Positions 36,721 through 45,706 of a stretch of 64,000 nucleotides of DNA are shown in pieces; position 1 is the first letter of the stretch; the number at the start of each line of letters is the position of its first letter. A model generated the notes under the pieces. The model was not told the origin of the DNA and ran no database searches. It saw only the letters and a list, made by a program, of their open reading frames with translations. The DNA comes from a virus. A program made the translations under genes and the position numbers. Location of the stretch: IMG/VR virus record IMGVR_UViG_3300034108_000503, positions 8,272-72,271 of that record; one strand, 5' to 3'.

Positions 36721-37101
36721 TTATGAGAAGATTTGGTTGAATGCGTGGCGGGTGAGATCCTTGAATGTTCCGTAAAAGATGGTGAGTTTTCCGTCTTCGG
36801 TTGTGACCCATGGGCCGATTTTTGATTTGGCTGTGGCTCTGACTTGGGATCCTTTCTGGACTTCCTTGATCCACTGTAGTGGTGTGTGTTCAGATTCATC
36901 TGGGATCAGGGGGTGGAGCTTGTCTGCGAGTCTTTCGACCATATCGTCGATGAGCGAATCCCTGTGCTTTGAATATGCTACTTCGGCAGGGTCGAACCTG
37001 ACCTCGACCCCGCTTCTCTGGATTCTGATCCCGAAAACCCGAGACGGTTCGCACAAATCAGCCCAGGTGTAGAATGTGATTTCTAGTGGTTGCTGGGTCA
37101 T
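36721..37101 (-). CDS. Hypothetical protein
   Basis: ORF in the operon. Confidence 0.55.
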   Translation of the reverse strand: MTQQPLEITFYTWADLCEPSRVFGIRIQRSGVEVRFDPAEVAYSKHRDSLIDDMVERLADKLHPLIPDESEHTPLQWIKEVQKGSQVRATAKSKIGPWVTTEDGKLTIFYGTFKDLTRHAFNQIFS

Positions 37102-37277
37102 GATATGATCTGCGGATGTACCTTCGGGACGAGTGCTTCCCGGATGTGTTGGTTATTTGAGATGAAGTCTTCGATGTCGTTGAGGGCGTCTTTGACGTGT
37201 TCGATTGAGCGTTCAGCCTCTTCGATGGATTCCTTGGCCTTACTGATGAGCCTGAGGATGTATGGGATATCGTTCAT
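37098..37277 (-). CDS. Small coiled-coil protein (59 aa, not in the ORF track)
   Basis: MNDIPYILRLISKAKESIEEAERSIEHVKDAL...; ATGA-coupled on both sides. Confidence 0.5.
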   Translation of the reverse strand: MNDIPYILRLISKAKESIEEAERSIEHVKDALNDIEDFISNNQHIREALVPKVHPQIIS

Positions 37278-37633
37278 TTTCCGGTCTCCTTCTGCTTCTG
37301 GTATGCGTGCTTGATCTCAATGAAGGTTTCGACAGCCTTTTGCTGCGCTTGTCTGGCGTATTCCGCTCCCTGCGGGTGGTGGACCGGGAGTTCGCTGGCG
37401 TAGCACAGCAGCTTGAGAACCTCAAACATCTTGTCTGTGGCGGCTCTTTTTGGGCATCCGATCCCTGCTGCAATCAGGAATTGATCAGCGAGCATGAATG
37501 CGTATTGGGACAGCCAGCGTGCCTCCGTTATTGTGGTATCATTCACGAATCTGGAATCATTGTTCGCCGGAAGCAGCGCGGCCATGAACTGGGCGGCGAT
37601 CTGGATGCGGTCTGGTGGTGCTTCCTGGTTCAT
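37274..37633 (-). CDS. Hypothetical protein
   Basis: MNQEAPPDRIQIAAQFMAALL...AFMLAD pattern. Confidence 0.55.
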   Translation of the reverse strand: MNQEAPPDRIQIAAQFMAALLPANNDSRFVNDTTITEARWLSQYAFMLADQFLIAAGIGCPKRAATDKMFEVLKLLCYASELPVHHPQGAEYARQAQQKAVETFIEIKHAYQKQKETGK

Positions 37634-37637
37634 GGTA

Positions 37638-37850
37638 TTACTCTGGAACGAGTCTGAACCTCCGCCATTCGGCTCCGGGGACGAGTTCAACCAGTTCGTC
37701 GTCGAACGGTTCAATGTTCAGCATATCGACATTCCCTGTCTTGGTATTTACGGCAGCCCAGACGAAGAGATCCGGCGTCTTTGTTTCGACTATCTTCCCA
37801 TCGACAACTGGGTACTGGGTCCGGAATAGTGGTGGTGTTTCCTGGTTCAT
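37638..37850 (-). CDS. Hypothetical protein
   Basis: MNQETPPLFR...; N-terminus nearly identical to the next gene's. Confidence 0.5.
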   Translation of the reverse strand: MNQETPPLFRTQYPVVDGKIVETKTPDLFVWAAVNTKTGNVDMLNIEPFDDELVELVPGAEWRRFRLVPE

Positions 37851-38050
37851 TTCCTCACTTGTTTTGGTTTGGTTTCTTCTTCTTCGATTCTGCCAAGGCC
37901 CATGCATTCTGGGCAGTGTGATCCTGCGGCTTTGAGTCCGCCTTCCTGTTCGCCGAAGTGACCTTGGCCTGACCATAGCCAGCCTTGGCCGTGGCAGGTT
38001 TTGCAGATTGCCGCCTGTGGTTTCCTGGGGTGCTTCTTCTTTGCTTTCAT
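37847..38050 (-). CDS. Small Zn-finger protein (DnaJ-type CxxCxGxG repeats)
   Basis: CKTCHGQG and CPECMGLG. Confidence 0.55.
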   Translation of the reverse strand: MKAKKKHPRKPQAAICKTCHGQGWLWSGQGHFGEQEGGLKAAGSHCPECMGLGRIEEEETKPKQVRK

Positions 38051-38661
38051 TCATGCCCTCCTTCCACCACGCGGAACTCGACCACCCAGACCCATGGGTT
38101 TTCGTGCCATAGGTCTCCCCATAGTTGGGCGATTTCGTCGCGCCTATCTGGACGCGGGTTCTTGCATCCGCATGGCTCAGGCATCCCGCAGCTAAGGCAT
38201 CCTCCGTCCGTGATTCCTTCTGCGGTGGCGTCCTCCTCGGTAATGTCCTGCAACCGCTCAACGCGGACGCTTTGGATCTCCAGCAGGATGCGGGAAAGTT
38301 CCCGAGGCATCTGAGTTGAGGATCTCCATTTCGTCCCTTTACCGCCACACTGCACATCGGCCCGATACACCGTTGAGGCTTCACGGTACGGCTTAATGGA
38401 CAAAGCGTGATCGTACTCGGCGGCCTCATGCAGGAATGTCTCCCTCGCCCACAGGCGATCTCCCGGTTGTCCGTATGGGCAAGCCCATCTTCCGCTTGCC
38501 CCGGCGGGGTATGAAAACGTGCCGAATGAATCCAGCTTCGGTGGACCATCATAGCTCCGACAGTCTGGCTGCGGCTTGATGATCCTCCGGAACTGCGTCT
38601 TGCGACCGTCGCGGATGGCGCGGACTTCCAGCGCATTGAATGTGATGGGGCGTTCTTTCAT
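38047..38661 (-). CDS. ASCH/PUA-like conserved phage protein
   Basis: MKERPITFN..VRAIRDGRKTQFRR, CPYGQPGDRLWARET, VRVERLQDITEEDA.AEG, NPWVWVVEF. Confidence 0.75.
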   Translation of the reverse strand: MKERPITFNALEVRAIRDGRKTQFRRIIKPQPDCRSYDGPPKLDSFGTFSYPAGASGRWACPYGQPGDRLWARETFLHEAAEYDHALSIKPYREASTVYRADVQCGGKGTKWRSSTQMPRELSRILLEIQSVRVERLQDITEEDATAEGITDGGCLSCGMPEPCGCKNPRPDRRDEIAQLWGDLWHENPWVWVVEFRVVEGGHE

Positions 38662-38849
38662 GGTTTTTCCTCCTCGGGCTCAATTAGGAACTCGCATTCA
38701 AAGACGATGATCGGCGGCGGTTCAATTGTGGGACCGATGCCTTCTCTGGGAGCAGTCCTGCGCAGGCATGTCTCACACCCTTCGCGCCATCCCTCGGCAT
38801 CGCTGCCGTATCCAACGCAGCGCTCCTTGTCGTTTGGGAGCCAGTTCAT
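38658..38849 (-). CDS. Small Cys-rich protein
   Basis: LPNDKERCVG...CETCLRR. Confidence 0.5.
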   Translation of the reverse strand: MNWLPNDKERCVGYGSDAEGWREGCETCLRRTAPREGIGPTIEPPPIIVFECEFLIEPEEEKP

Positions 38850-38958
38850 TCCGCCCTCCTTTCTTGGCTTCGGCTTCCGTGTCGTAATGATTTCATTGCA
38901 AAAACCTATGAAAATAAGAAATACTTGTCCGCGGTAAGAAAAATCTGGCGGCGTGGCT

Positions 38959-39204
38959 TCATTCAACCAGTTCCCAGTCGGTGGCGAGCATTGCCTTGCC
39001 GTGGATGATGGCGGCGCGGAATCGTGTGCCGGGGTAGCTTGCGAGATTCTCGACGACTTCAGCCCCGTCCTTCAGTCGCAGCTTTTCCTCCTTGGTTGAC
39101 ACCGTCTCATGGACTGTGCCGAGCCTGTAGATGCGGTCGGGCGATGACTCGCGCCGGATCGTCCTGCCTGCCATTAGGTATCGGAGTGCGGTGGGAAAGT
39201 CCAT
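38959..39204 (-). CDS. DUF2829/Tad2-like protein
   Basis: MDFPTALRYLMAGRTIRR...MLATDWELVE matches both ends of the family pattern. Confidence 0.5.
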   Translation of the reverse strand: MDFPTALRYLMAGRTIRRESSPDRIYRLGTVHETVSTKEEKLRLKDGAEVVENLASYPGTRFRAAIIHGKAMLATDWELVE

Positions 39205-39410
39205 TAGTCGGAAGCGTGGGGGTAGTCGCGGACGAATTCCGGCGGGGCGGCAGGCACCTTGGCTGAGTGCTGCTTGAGGATGGCAATGGCCTGCTTGAGT
39301 TCGGCGATCTGAGCCTTGATGTGTTCGTTCATGTGCGCCGCTGACGGCTCCTCAAGCAGGTCTTCTCGGCTTGTCAGTTCGTAATCAAGATAGCTAATTG
39401 CTAGGTCCAT
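39204..39410 (-). CDS. Hypothetical protein
   Basis: MDLAISYL... helical ORF. Confidence 0.45.
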   Translation of the reverse strand: MDLAISYLDYELTSREDLLEEPSAAHMNEHIKAQIAELKQAIAILKQHSAKVPAAPPEFVRDYPHASD

Positions 39411-39537
39411 CTCAAAACTCCTTTCCATGCATGGGTGGGCAACCCGCGTTGTACTGGATCTTCGCGAGCAATGCGCCCGCAATGTCCTGGACGACGAGCG
39501 CTTCAATGCCTGTTGGTGTAGTTGGTTCTGTCATAAT

Positions 39538-39768
39538 TCAATCGGTCGGTAGTTTCGGGATCGCATCAGCATCCCACTGGACCGTCGTCCTGATGTCGCA
39601 AATTGTAAATCCTGCGCTTGGGTGGTAGGTTGTCCATCCGGTTATCCCTGGCAGCATGCTGGATTTTGGGTTTCCGGTACGCAGCGCATCTGGGAATCCT
39701 GATAAATCAACGGCCCTGACAAAAACAGGGCGGTCTTTCGGCGCCGTCTTAATGGGTTGCCAGTTCAT
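39538..39768 (-). CDS. DUF551-like protein
   Basis: MNWQPIKTAPKD start. Confidence 0.55.
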   Translation of the reverse strand: MNWQPIKTAPKDRPVFVRAVDLSGFPDALRTGNPKSSMLPGITGWTTYHPSAGFTICDIRTTVQWDADAIPKLPTD

Positions 39769-39917
39769 GAGTCCCCCCTTTCCCGGTCAAGGTCGCAGCC
39801 GTCCTGATCTTCCGCAGCGCATCCGATGTGCATTCGTTCCCCAGCGTCCCCCCATTGGTCCGGGACCGTTGGTTGCCCTGCTGTGATCTCCTCTCCGCAA
39901 TAGGCGCAGACGCTCAT
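39765..39917 (-). CDS. Small Zn-binding protein
   Basis: CAYCGEEI...MHIGC. Confidence 0.45.
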   Translation of the reverse strand: MSVCAYCGEEITAGQPTVPDQWGDAGERMHIGCAAEDQDGCDLDRERGDS

Positions 39918-40141
39918 GGCTGCACCTCCTGTTTGATCGGGCATCCGCTGCATGGGCGCAGATACCCGTCAGATAGTTCCACCAGTTGCTGCTGAGTGCG
40001 GTTGCAGAAATAGTCTAGTTGCGACCTGTAGCGACCCCATTTCAGGAATGGACATGTGTCTGTGATCCGTTTCCCGGCGCAGGTGTGCCTTCCTTCCGGA
40101 GTCCGGTAAACCGGGATTTCAATCGTGGCGGTTTCAGTCAT
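39914..40141 (-). CDS. Small Cys-rich protein
   Basis: HTCA...CPFL...FC...PCSGCPI. Confidence 0.5.
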   Translation of the reverse strand: MTETATIEIPVYRTPEGRHTCAGKRITDTCPFLKWGRYRSQLDYFCNRTQQQLVELSDGYLRPCSGCPIKQEVQP

Positions 40142-40148
40142 TGTTGAT

Positions 40149-40511
40149 TTATTTTCGTTTTGCATATGCGCGTGTGGTTCTGTGGAACTGGTGCTGACTG
40201 GTCCAGCCTTTCTTCTCGACGGCTTCGATGAACGCCTTGAGCGGACAGAAGAAGAGCGCTGGTGGGACGGCAAGGGCTTCAGCGATACGCAAGACTGTAT
40301 CCACCCTGGTGTTCACGGCCCCTCGTTCTGCGGATGAGAGGGTGTTGATGTGGATTCCTGCTTTCTCGCAGATGGTTTCCGGGGTGACCGGGAACTTCGT
40401 GCCGTCCTTTGAGGACGTTGCCATTCTGATCCAGCGGATCCTTTGGTTCCACGTCTCGGCATCCTTGGCTGGGAAGGAGTAGTCCTTCGGCGGTTTTGGT
40501 TTGCGTGGCAT
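40149..40511 (-). CDS. XRE-family helix-turn-helix transcriptional regulator
   Basis: TPETICEKAGIHINTLSSAERGAVNTRVDTVLRIAEALAV. Confidence 0.8.
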   Translation of the reverse strand: MPRKPKPPKDYSFPAKDAETWNQRIRWIRMATSSKDGTKFPVTPETICEKAGIHINTLSSAERGAVNTRVDTVLRIAEALAVPPALFFCPLKAFIEAVEKKGWTSQHQFHRTTRAYAKRK

Positions 40512-40512
40512 A

Positions 40513-40965
40513 TCAGGAAACAAGATCGTCCTCGGTGTTTCGGCGGAAGTCCAAGACCGGGAAGTTTGCGATAAGTTCCACGATCTTTGGGCAATCTGCC
40601 GGAAACAGCTTCCTCCTTATGATTTCAACAAGGTTCATGATATGGAGTTGATCCAGACGTGGAATGTGCGTTCTGTTCTCCATTCCGTTCCAGTTGAGCC
40701 TCCAGAGGTAGCCATCGGAATCCTGCTCAATAAGGAACACCTCGACGATATTCGGATCTGAATGTTCCCAAGGAGTATTCTCGCCTTGGTTATCAAAATT
40801 CAATATGTCTTTGGACAGAATCTCCGGGAACTCAAAAGCCACCCACCCGCGACGGTTGAAGGATTTTGGAACGCCGGGGATTCCGTATGGCACTTCGGTC
40901 ACATAGGTCTCAAATTTTGATGTGACTGTGATTTTGTCTTTTTCTCTTTTGATGATTAGTTTCAT
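40513..40965 (-). CDS. Hypothetical protein
   Basis: 150-aa ORF in the operon. Confidence 0.55.
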   Translation of the reverse strand: MKLIIKREKDKITVTSKFETYVTEVPYGIPGVPKSFNRRGWVAFEFPEILSKDILNFDNQGENTPWEHSDPNIVEVFLIEQDSDGYLWRLNWNGMENRTHIPRLDQLHIMNLVEIIRRKLFPADCPKIVELIANFPVLDFRRNTEDDLVS

Positions 40966-41099
40966 GATTTACTGAAGTGATCAACTACGATGAAGGAGAG
41001 TGCTGAGATATAGATTATGTACATCAGGCAGTAGAACGGGTGGTCGAGATACCACCTGAGTTCCTCTTTCAGGTGATTGATGAGTGACGGTTTCATGGC

Positions 41100-41537
41100 T
41101 CAACTGATTTCCCGGTATCCAGTGAGTCCATCATAGTATCCGTTTGAATCGTTGATGTGCCGGATCAGCGCCATTCCTGTTGTGGTTCTTAGGACGACAT
41201 TCCAGATTGAAAGGCAATACGGATCCTCAAACTTACTGACGCTGATGTTTTCTTGCCGGACCCTTTTCAGTGCGGTTTCCTCATCGTCTGCGGTGGTTGC
41301 CGACAGCAGGTTTTTCGGGTATCCGCCTTCGACGATATCAAGCAGTTCGCCGCCGATTGCGTCTCCGGGATCAATTGCGTAGAACACTGAGTACGAGCAG
41401 CAGTCCCCCTCGACGCTTACGGTCCATGCCGTTCCGTCTGTGAACCGAATGTCTACTTCGCAGTCAGATCTGCGGGTCAGCGACTCAAGCGTTTTGCCGA
41501 GCATTTTTCTTTTCGTGGAATCAAGGTGGTGTCTCAT
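41100..41537 (-). CDS. Conserved phage protein
   Basis: VEGDCCSYS...SNGYYDG motifs. Confidence 0.6.
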   Translation of the reverse strand: MRHHLDSTKRKMLGKTLESLTRRSDCEVDIRFTDGTAWTVSVEGDCCSYSVFYAIDPGDAIGGELLDIVEGGYPKNLLSATTADDEETALKRVRQENISVSKFEDPYCLSIWNVVLRTTTGMALIRHINDSNGYYDGLTGYREIS

Positions 41538-41804
41538 ATTGTTTATTCTAGTGCTGCTTTGATGACACATCCACGCTCATCCACGCCAGTATCCCGGCAA
41601 GGAGATTCAGTTTACGCAAACAGGTAGACGGTCAGAGCCTGCGCCTTGGAGAGAGCATGGTGTCCGACCTCTTGTTGAGTGCATTGCCAACAGCGGCAAA
41701 CATGGCTCCGATTCCGGCGAAGAAGACAGCGAAGAGCCACATAGGGATGGCACACAGACCGATGACTCCTCCGAGGATCACTTCGGCCCAGCCGAGGATG
41801 CTCT

Positions 41805-42050
41805 TCACGATTCCTCTCCTTCTTCCAGTTCCATCTGTCCTTCAGCCTCCATGTCCTCGTCTTCCCCCTCTTTGTCCTCCATCTCCTCGTCGAGGAAGGC
41901 ATCGTGCTTCCGCTTGAGGCGTTCGACACCGAAGGAGGCGTACTCACGTTCGTTCTTGTCTGAGATCGTGACGTAGAAGTCCATCCCAGGGTAGCTATCC
42001 TTGAGGTACTGGGTGATGGAATCCTTGGACTGCTGGAGTTTCGGGGACAT
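41805..42050 (-). CDS. Small protein with highly acidic C-terminus
   Basis: DEEMEDKEGEDEDMEAEGQMELEEGEES tail. Confidence 0.5.
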   Translation of the reverse strand: MSPKLQQSKDSITQYLKDSYPGMDFYVTISDKNEREYASFGVERLKRKHDAFLDEEMEDKEGEDEDMEAEGQMELEEGEES

Positions 42051-42218
42051 GATCTCTGGATTATCTGCTGACGTTGTTCTCGCTGCAACTGGTTCCTCGT
42101 TTTCTGGATACCACGAACAGCATCCAGATGAAGATCAGTCCGGTGGTGAGCATGGATACAAAGAACGAGGGAGCCATGAGCATGGCTGAGATGAATGCGA
42201 TGGTGGCGATTTTCATGT

Positions 42219-42422
42219 TTATCTGAACAGTTCCGGGGTTTGTTCTTCGTGCGTCCGCCTTGTCTGGTCCCGGAGCCAGAGAAGGCAGGATTTGAGATCC
42301 TCGATAATAATTTCGGCCTGATGCGGTCTGATCAGATCTGGGTTTGATGTCGGGCAGACGATGAGCGTTTCGTTCTCCGAGGTGAAAACGGCCCGGTAGT
42401 TACCAAATGTCTTTTCCTTCAT
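42219..42422 (-). CDS. Hypothetical protein
   Basis: Coupled ORF. Confidence 0.5.
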   Translation of the reverse strand: MKEKTFGNYRAVFTSENETLIVCPTSNPDLIRPHQAEIIIEDLKSCLLWLRDQTRRTHEEQTPELFR

Positions 42423-42733
42423 TTGAGTTTCAGCGTAATCATCCAGAACCAGTTGCTGCCGATCTGAGCCGGGGTTGCTGCGACCACCTCAACGACGGTC
42501 CTGCGTGTGCCTTCGGCTTTGACCTTCAGGCTGTCTCCTGGTTTCCCGATCTCGCACTCCCACTTCTCGACGTGGATTCCTCCGACTTCTCTCCATGGGT
42601 ACTGCTCAGGTGTGCCGTCATCGGATTCAACGCAGAACGACTTCGGTTCCGGGTTCATGCTCCGGGTGATCGTGATCTGCCCGGATGATTCAAGGTACTG
42701 GACCTGCGGAATATTGAGTTCGATGGATTTCAT
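42419..42733 (-). CDS. Hypothetical protein (degenerate ASCH-like)
   Basis: TITRSMNPEP...CEIGKPGDSL resembles the 38047-38661 protein. Confidence 0.45.
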   Translation of the reverse strand: MKSIELNIPQVQYLESSGQITITRSMNPEPKSFCVESDDGTPEQYPWREVGGIHVEKWECEIGKPGDSLKVKAEGTRRTVVEVVAATPAQIGSNWFWMITLKLK

Positions 42734-42890
42734 TTGTGTCATGCACAGTATGTACAGATCACTCCGAAGGTTCTCCCTGGCGAGATTGAGCTTGGCATCT
42801 GGTAGATCCCGGTGCCTTTGCATTTCTCGCAGAGAGCCTTCTTCTTTGCCAGTTTCCGCTGGGTCTTTGTGTTCTGTATCTTATTCATTA

Positions 42891-43457
42891 TCAGGGTTTT
42901 GTAGCCTGCGAATGCATGGCATCCCTTCCCCAGAAAGCCCCGGCGGAAAGCCAGCCTTCCTGAGCAAACATCTCCATGACTTCAAGCGGCATGCTGGCGC
43001 GGACGGGCCATGACGTGGCATTGCCGTTGCTTCCAGCCATGAAGTCGATAGCTGCACCCCTGGCATGAAGCGATGGTAGCGATCCTCCGCGCATGTTCCG
43101 GTTGTTGTAGCACCCATTGAAGTCCCGCAGGACATAGCTGAATGGACTTCTTGCGATTGAGCGAAGAACCCGCTCCAATGACTTTGCGGTCTTTGCGTGG
43201 CATTGAATGATTCGGACGGGCTTGCCTTCGTACTGAATATAAAGTCCAGATACATTGAGGTTTACCAGTTTCGACTTGTCACCAGGTGAACCGTAGAATC
43301 GCTGGAGGCTGCGCTGGTCCTGTGCGGGCCATGGGTTGGGTGTTGGCATCATCCGCAGCAAGTGAGTCTTGCATGCGGCGATTGATCGTGGACCCCAGAA
43401 GCCATCGGCGACGACACCGATGCGGGCCTGCATTGCTTTGATTTGGGACTGATTCAT
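42891..43457 (-). CDS. Peptidase M15-family endolysin with short peptidoglycan-binding N-terminus
   Basis: IGVVADGFWGPRS; YNNRNMRGGSLPSLHARGAAIDF; DAMH. Confidence 0.85.
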   Translation of the reverse strand: MNQSQIKAMQARIGVVADGFWGPRSIAACKTHLLRMMPTPNPWPAQDQRSLQRFYGSPGDKSKLVNLNVSGLYIQYEGKPVRIIQCHAKTAKSLERVLRSIARSPFSYVLRDFNGCYNNRNMRGGSLPSLHARGAAIDFMAGSNGNATSWPVRASMPLEVMEMFAQEGWLSAGAFWGRDAMHSQATKP

Positions 43458-43642
43458 TTCTGTCCGATTGGGAAGAGGGTTGAGTCTGGCTGTGGATCGG
43501 CTGTCCAGCGGGGGAGATCGGTGCTGATCTCGATCACGCCTTTCCCTCCGGGGAGCAGGTACTTGGCGGACAACTGCACCGGAGGCATCGTGATGCAGGA
43601 CGGGATGAAGGCAGCGACTGCCAGAAGGATTGCGGTTTTCAT
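43454..43642 (-). CDS. Small putative lipoprotein
   Basis: MKTAILLAVAAFIPS-C signal/lipobox-like sequence. Confidence 0.55.
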   Translation of the reverse strand: MKTAILLAVAAFIPSCITMPPVQLSAKYLLPGGKGVIEISTDLPRWTADPQPDSTLFPIGQK

Positions 43643-43854
43643 GCGGTTCTCCATACCCGGAACTCTTTATCGCCAATCCGGCGGGGTTCAATCTCAATCC
43701 CGGAATGTTTGGCGCAGCGCATCATGATGCTGATGTCGTCCAGTCCGATTGCGACCGAGTCACCAACATTCATCAAAAGGAATGTTGCGGTGAGTTCCTG
43801 CTGGCGATCCGAGTACTGGATCGGAGGAATGATGGTGTCTGTGCTGATTTCCAT
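43639..43854 (-). CDS. Small hypothetical DNA-binding-type protein
   Basis: MNVGDSV...RVWRTA pattern. Confidence 0.55.
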   Translation of the reverse strand: MEISTDTIIPPIQYSDRQQELTATFLLMNVGDSVAIGLDDISIMMRCAKHSGIEIEPRRIGDKEFRVWRTA

Positions 43855-43873
43855 GGTGTCTGTTGGGTTGTGA

Positions 43874-44356
43874 TTAGGAAGTGAAGTGACGGGACCAGAA
43901 TGCGTCATCCGTCCTCATGATGATTTCACGGCTCGGGAACTTGTCTTCAATCTCAGGAAAGAACGCATCCGTGTAATTTACGTCGTAATTCAGCATCGTC
44001 AGGTACAGTTCGTCGAGATTTGATTCAAGCAGCGTCCAGATCTCCACACCTCCGATCACCCAGATGCTGCCTGGGTATTCCGGCTTATCAATGGCAGTGA
44101 GCGCAGAAAGCTCATCCATGTCTCTCGCAATCTCAATCCCGTCGCACGGCTTCATCGTTCTGCTCATCACGATGTTCCTCCTGCCTTTCAGAACGGACGG
44201 TAGAGATTCCCAGGTCTTCCGGCCCATGATGACGGTTCCCCCCATGGTCATCCTCCTGAAGAACCTGAGGTCTTCCGGTAGATACCAAGGGATGGTTCCG
44301 TTCAGTCCGACTGCCCGGTTCTGCGCCATGGCGGCGATTCCAATCCACTTCTTCAT
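43874..44356 (-). CDS. folA: Dihydrofolate reductase
   Basis: IAAMAQNRAVG.NGTIPWYLPEDLRFFR, VIMGRKTWES, GRRNIVMS, VIGG, DAFFP. Confidence 0.95.
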   Translation of the reverse strand: MKKWIGIAAMAQNRAVGLNGTIPWYLPEDLRFFRRMTMGGTVIMGRKTWESLPSVLKGRRNIVMSRTMKPCDGIEIARDMDELSALTAIDKPEYPGSIWVIGGVEIWTLLESNLDELYLTMLNYDVNYTDAFFPEIEDKFPSREIIMRTDDAFWSRHFTS

Positions 44357-45165
44357 ACGGCTACCTTTCCTTTGATTGCTGGATGCGGATCGTACCCGAC
44401 AAGGTCGAAGTCCTCAAACTCAAAGCTGTCGATGTCCCAGTGGCGACCGTGGATCGCAAGAATCGGGGGAGCCTTGATTGGTCGCGAGATCTGCTCCCTG
44501 ACTTGGTCGTAGTGGTTGCTGTAGATGTGGGCATCTCCCACGCTGATCGTAAGGATCCCCGGTGTCAGTCCGGTGATGTGAGCCACCATGTGCGTCAGCA
44601 GGGCGTAGCTGGCAATGTTGAACGGCATCCCGAGGAACATGTCGGCAGACCGCTGCGTCAGCATGCAGTCCAGACGATTGCCTGAGCGCACCGAGAACTG
44701 GTAGAGCATGTGGCATGGAGGCAGTGCCATCTTTGGGATATCGACTGGATTCCATGCGCTCACAATGATCCGGCGGGAATACCGATCCTGCTCAATGAGG
44801 CGGATTGCTTCCTTCAACTGGTCGATCCCCTCCTTGCCCCAGTTCCTCCACTGCTTGCCGTACACCGGGCCGAGTTCTCCATCGGTCGATGCCCACTCGT
44901 CCCATATGGAGACTCCGTGCTTCTGTAGATCCACGATGTTGGTGCTTCCGGAGATGAACCACAGGAGTTCGTGGACCACGGACTTCATGTGGACTTTCTT
45001 CGTGGTGAGGAGCGGGAATCCTTTGGAAAGATCAAACTTCATCATTTCCCCAAAGATGCTGGACGTTCCCGTGCCAGTGCGGTCATATCGTTTTTCTCCG
45101 TAATTCAGGATATTACTGATTGCGTTGATGTACTCTTCTTCGTTCGATGTATCAAGTCTGTTCAT
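44353..45165 (-). CDS. thyA: Thymidylate synthase
   Basis: DRTGTGT, FPLLTTKK, ELLWF, GPVYGKQWR, ALPPCH, QRSADMFLGMPFNIASY, DAHIYSNH. Confidence 0.97.
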   Translation of the reverse strand: MNRLDTSNEEEYINAISNILNYGEKRYDRTGTGTSSIFGEMMKFDLSKGFPLLTTKKVHMKSVVHELLWFISGSTNIVDLQKHGVSIWDEWASTDGELGPVYGKQWRNWGKEGIDQLKEAIRLIEQDRYSRRIIVSAWNPVDIPKMALPPCHMLYQFSVRSGNRLDCMLTQRSADMFLGMPFNIASYALLTHMVAHITGLTPGILTISVGDAHIYSNHYDQVREQISRPIKAPPILAIHGRHWDIDSFEFEDFDLVGYDPHPAIKGKVAV

Positions 45166-45503
45166 TTTTTTGCTGAGTTGAATCCAGCGACATACGCACG
45201 AATCATGTCGTTCATGTGCTTTTTGTCTGCTGGTTTCATGATTACCATCGGAGGAAGCACGTTCTCCCGATACCAGATCTCTGCCTCGGCTTCGATGTTT
45301 CCATCAGCAGCTTCGCTTCCAAGTCTCTCCATCAGGAGATCCTCGTCTTGGTTCCCGCACCGTTCGCAGCACTCCACGGGATGTGCTTCGGTGTTCCAGC
45401 ACACGTCGCACTGGTAGAGAACTCCCGAGTCGCATCCGCATGGTCCTTCCATGTACTTCCCTGGACCCTGGGAGCAGACATGGCATTTCACTAGGTGATT
45501 CAT
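45162..45503 (-). CDS. Cys-rich hypothetical protein
   Basis: Multiple CxxC motifs. Confidence 0.55.
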   Translation of the reverse strand: MNHLVKCHVCSQGPGKYMEGPCGCDSGVLYQCDVCWNTEAHPVECCERCGNQDEDLLMERLGSEAADGNIEAEAEIWYRENVLPPMVIMKPADKKHMNDMIRAYVAGFNSAKK

Positions 45504-45706
45504 GCGATTCGCGTGAGGTGTGCGTACTTGGTATTCCTGCCGCCATTGTAGACCTGATTGCAGCGCATGCAGCGTTCACGCTTCTGCCACTCCTTCCAGC
45601 TACAGTGCTTCGTGGGCCATATCTTCTCCCGGCAGTCAATGCAGTGATGGATCGCGTGATCCCTCCAGCCGACTGGCGGTTTCTCCAGTGATCGGTCGAT
45701 CTTCAT
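45500..45706 (-). CDS. Small Zn-finger protein
   Basis: CIDC...CMRC; resembles the 48324-48515 protein. Confidence 0.5.
   Translation of the reverse strand: MKIDRSLEKPPVGWRDHAIHHCIDCREKIWPTKHCSWKEWQKRERCMRCNQVYNGGRNTKYAHLTRIA

Noticed and set aside
37638-38636. 332-aa ORF overlapping several genes
   Set aside because: Only the last 70 codons look coding; the rest is an alternative frame of the ASCH-like and Zn-finger genes.
44353-45165. thyA as a dCMP/dUMP hydroxymethylase for base modification
   Set aside because: Canonical PCH and PFN (dUMP-specifying Asn) motifs plus the adjacent folA indicate an ordinary thymidylate synthase.
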